Part shown: positions 62,757-64,000 of the stretch, one piece after another
How the letters are laid out: each line of letters starts with the position of its first letter
Numbering within the stretch: the stretch's first letter is position 1
Assembly (NCBI GenBank): GCA_051294375.1
Contig: CM119269.1
Coordinates: forward strand, 1,628,537 to 1,692,536
DNA length: 64,000 bases
Reading direction: 5' to 3'
Source: Paraspadella gotoi
Taxonomy: Eukaryota > Animalia > Chaetognatha
Notes under the pieces: generated by a model
What the model was told of the DNA's origin: nothing
Database searches by the model: none
Seen by the model: only the letters and a program-made list of their open reading frames with translations
Translations under genes and position numbers: made by a program

Positions 62757-63479
62757 ACCGACGGACCGACAGAGTGGATTATAGAATCGGAATCTGCGAT
62801 AAGCAGAACCGACTAAAAACTGTCGCGTAATTTTTCCAAAATATAATCAACGCCGAGCGACGAAGCCGAGGCGAACAGTAGTCAGGGCTCAGGTGGCACG
62901 GAGCCGAAAGTAATGCATTGCTTTTGTAAAACCTTAAATCATATGTATTATGTAATATTGTAAAATCAAAGAAAAGTTCCAGAACGACGGGTAAAACCGA
63001 GTTTCGTACTTGCGTGGTTAAATTCGGAGATAAATATATGATAATGTGTGATATGTGGGATAATGTGTGATACGTGATTTGCTCCTTTCGTAACTATCGA
63101 ACTATCATCTCAGCATCATAAAATCGTCTTCTGAGCGGTCAAGTATCATTAAAGCCTATCGCACTTATTATACTCACGAAGTTATACCAAAATATATTTG
63201 AATTATTTGTAATTTTGTATTATTTATTAAAGTCAAATATTTAATCATTTATCGTATTCTTCCAAACTGACACGAATCTGATTGATTATCTGCCGCTAAT
63301 TATCGTCGTTAATTAATAATTAGTAAACAATGAAAAACTGAAACAACAACAACAAAAAGTCATGTTTTTCCCCTGAGACTCAACAATGGATTCATGAGTA
63401 TGAATCAGTCACCAAGATTTAGGATGAGGATTGATATCACCTATTTCTAAGAGAGAAGGAAGAGGGAAGAGGATGATAA

Positions 63480-63522
<43 letters not shown>

Positions 63523-64000
63523 CCTTCTCTCAGTCGTGGACTTTGATTTCCTTCCTCCAACAAAACCGACGACGCGACGGCGACGACGACGACCAGAACG
63601 ACGATCGTTTCCATCTTGTTTATTGTTTATTTATCCCACAGAAGAAAAAAAACGAAAAGAACGATAGAATAAAATCCAGGGATCGAGGTGGCGGCGATCG
63701 ACGGCCATATTTATTTTAAATTTTACTATTTTCCAAATCGTCGAAAACCCGCGGCGAAAAAGCGAAGAAAAGTTGGTTCGGATTTCATGTTCGATTTTTT
63801 GGAGGAAAAACGGGATGCGATGATTCGTCGCCGCAGCATTCGGAGCGATGCGGCGGCGGCGGCGGATGTTCCCTGCCGCCGCTGATGACGGCTGCTGCTG
63901 ATGATGATGACGACGTCGTCGTCGGCGACCGGTATAGAGAGTTTAGAGTTTTCTGAAGAGATCGACGGGTGGCGGGGGCCGGCGGGCCGGCGGGCGGCGG

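Overview
AT-rich, intron-dense animal (invertebrate) genomic DNA from a draft assembly. It has N gaps, patches of indel-rich sequence and many (GA)n/(GAC)n microsatellites that generate most of the spurious ORFs in the track. Genes were rebuilt by hand from splice sites and protein motifs; family assignments rest on recalled motifs, not searches. Minus strand: a catalytically dead ADAM of the UNC-71/mind-meld type (about 3.3-17.8 kb) and an IA-2/PTPRN-type pseudophosphatase (19.5-25.7 kb). Plus strand: the 3' part of a single-pass membrane protein (1.2-3.3 kb), an XK-related gene nested antisense in a 5-kb ADAM intron, and a run of ciliary genes (RSPH4/6, TEX36 and an X-box-preceded, possibly CPLANE1-like first exon). 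Region 46.8-55.2 kb is an error-rich second copy of 38.3-46.6 kb, probably the other haplotype, and it exposes two presence/absence MITEs. Region 57.5-62.2 kb is a large inverted duplication, probably an artefact. Most notable: the ADAM has no visible signal-peptide exon of its own and could share the IA-2 one; two Penelope-type minimal hammerhead ribozymes; and a ~380-nt rod-like, pseudoknotted element at 31.1 kb.
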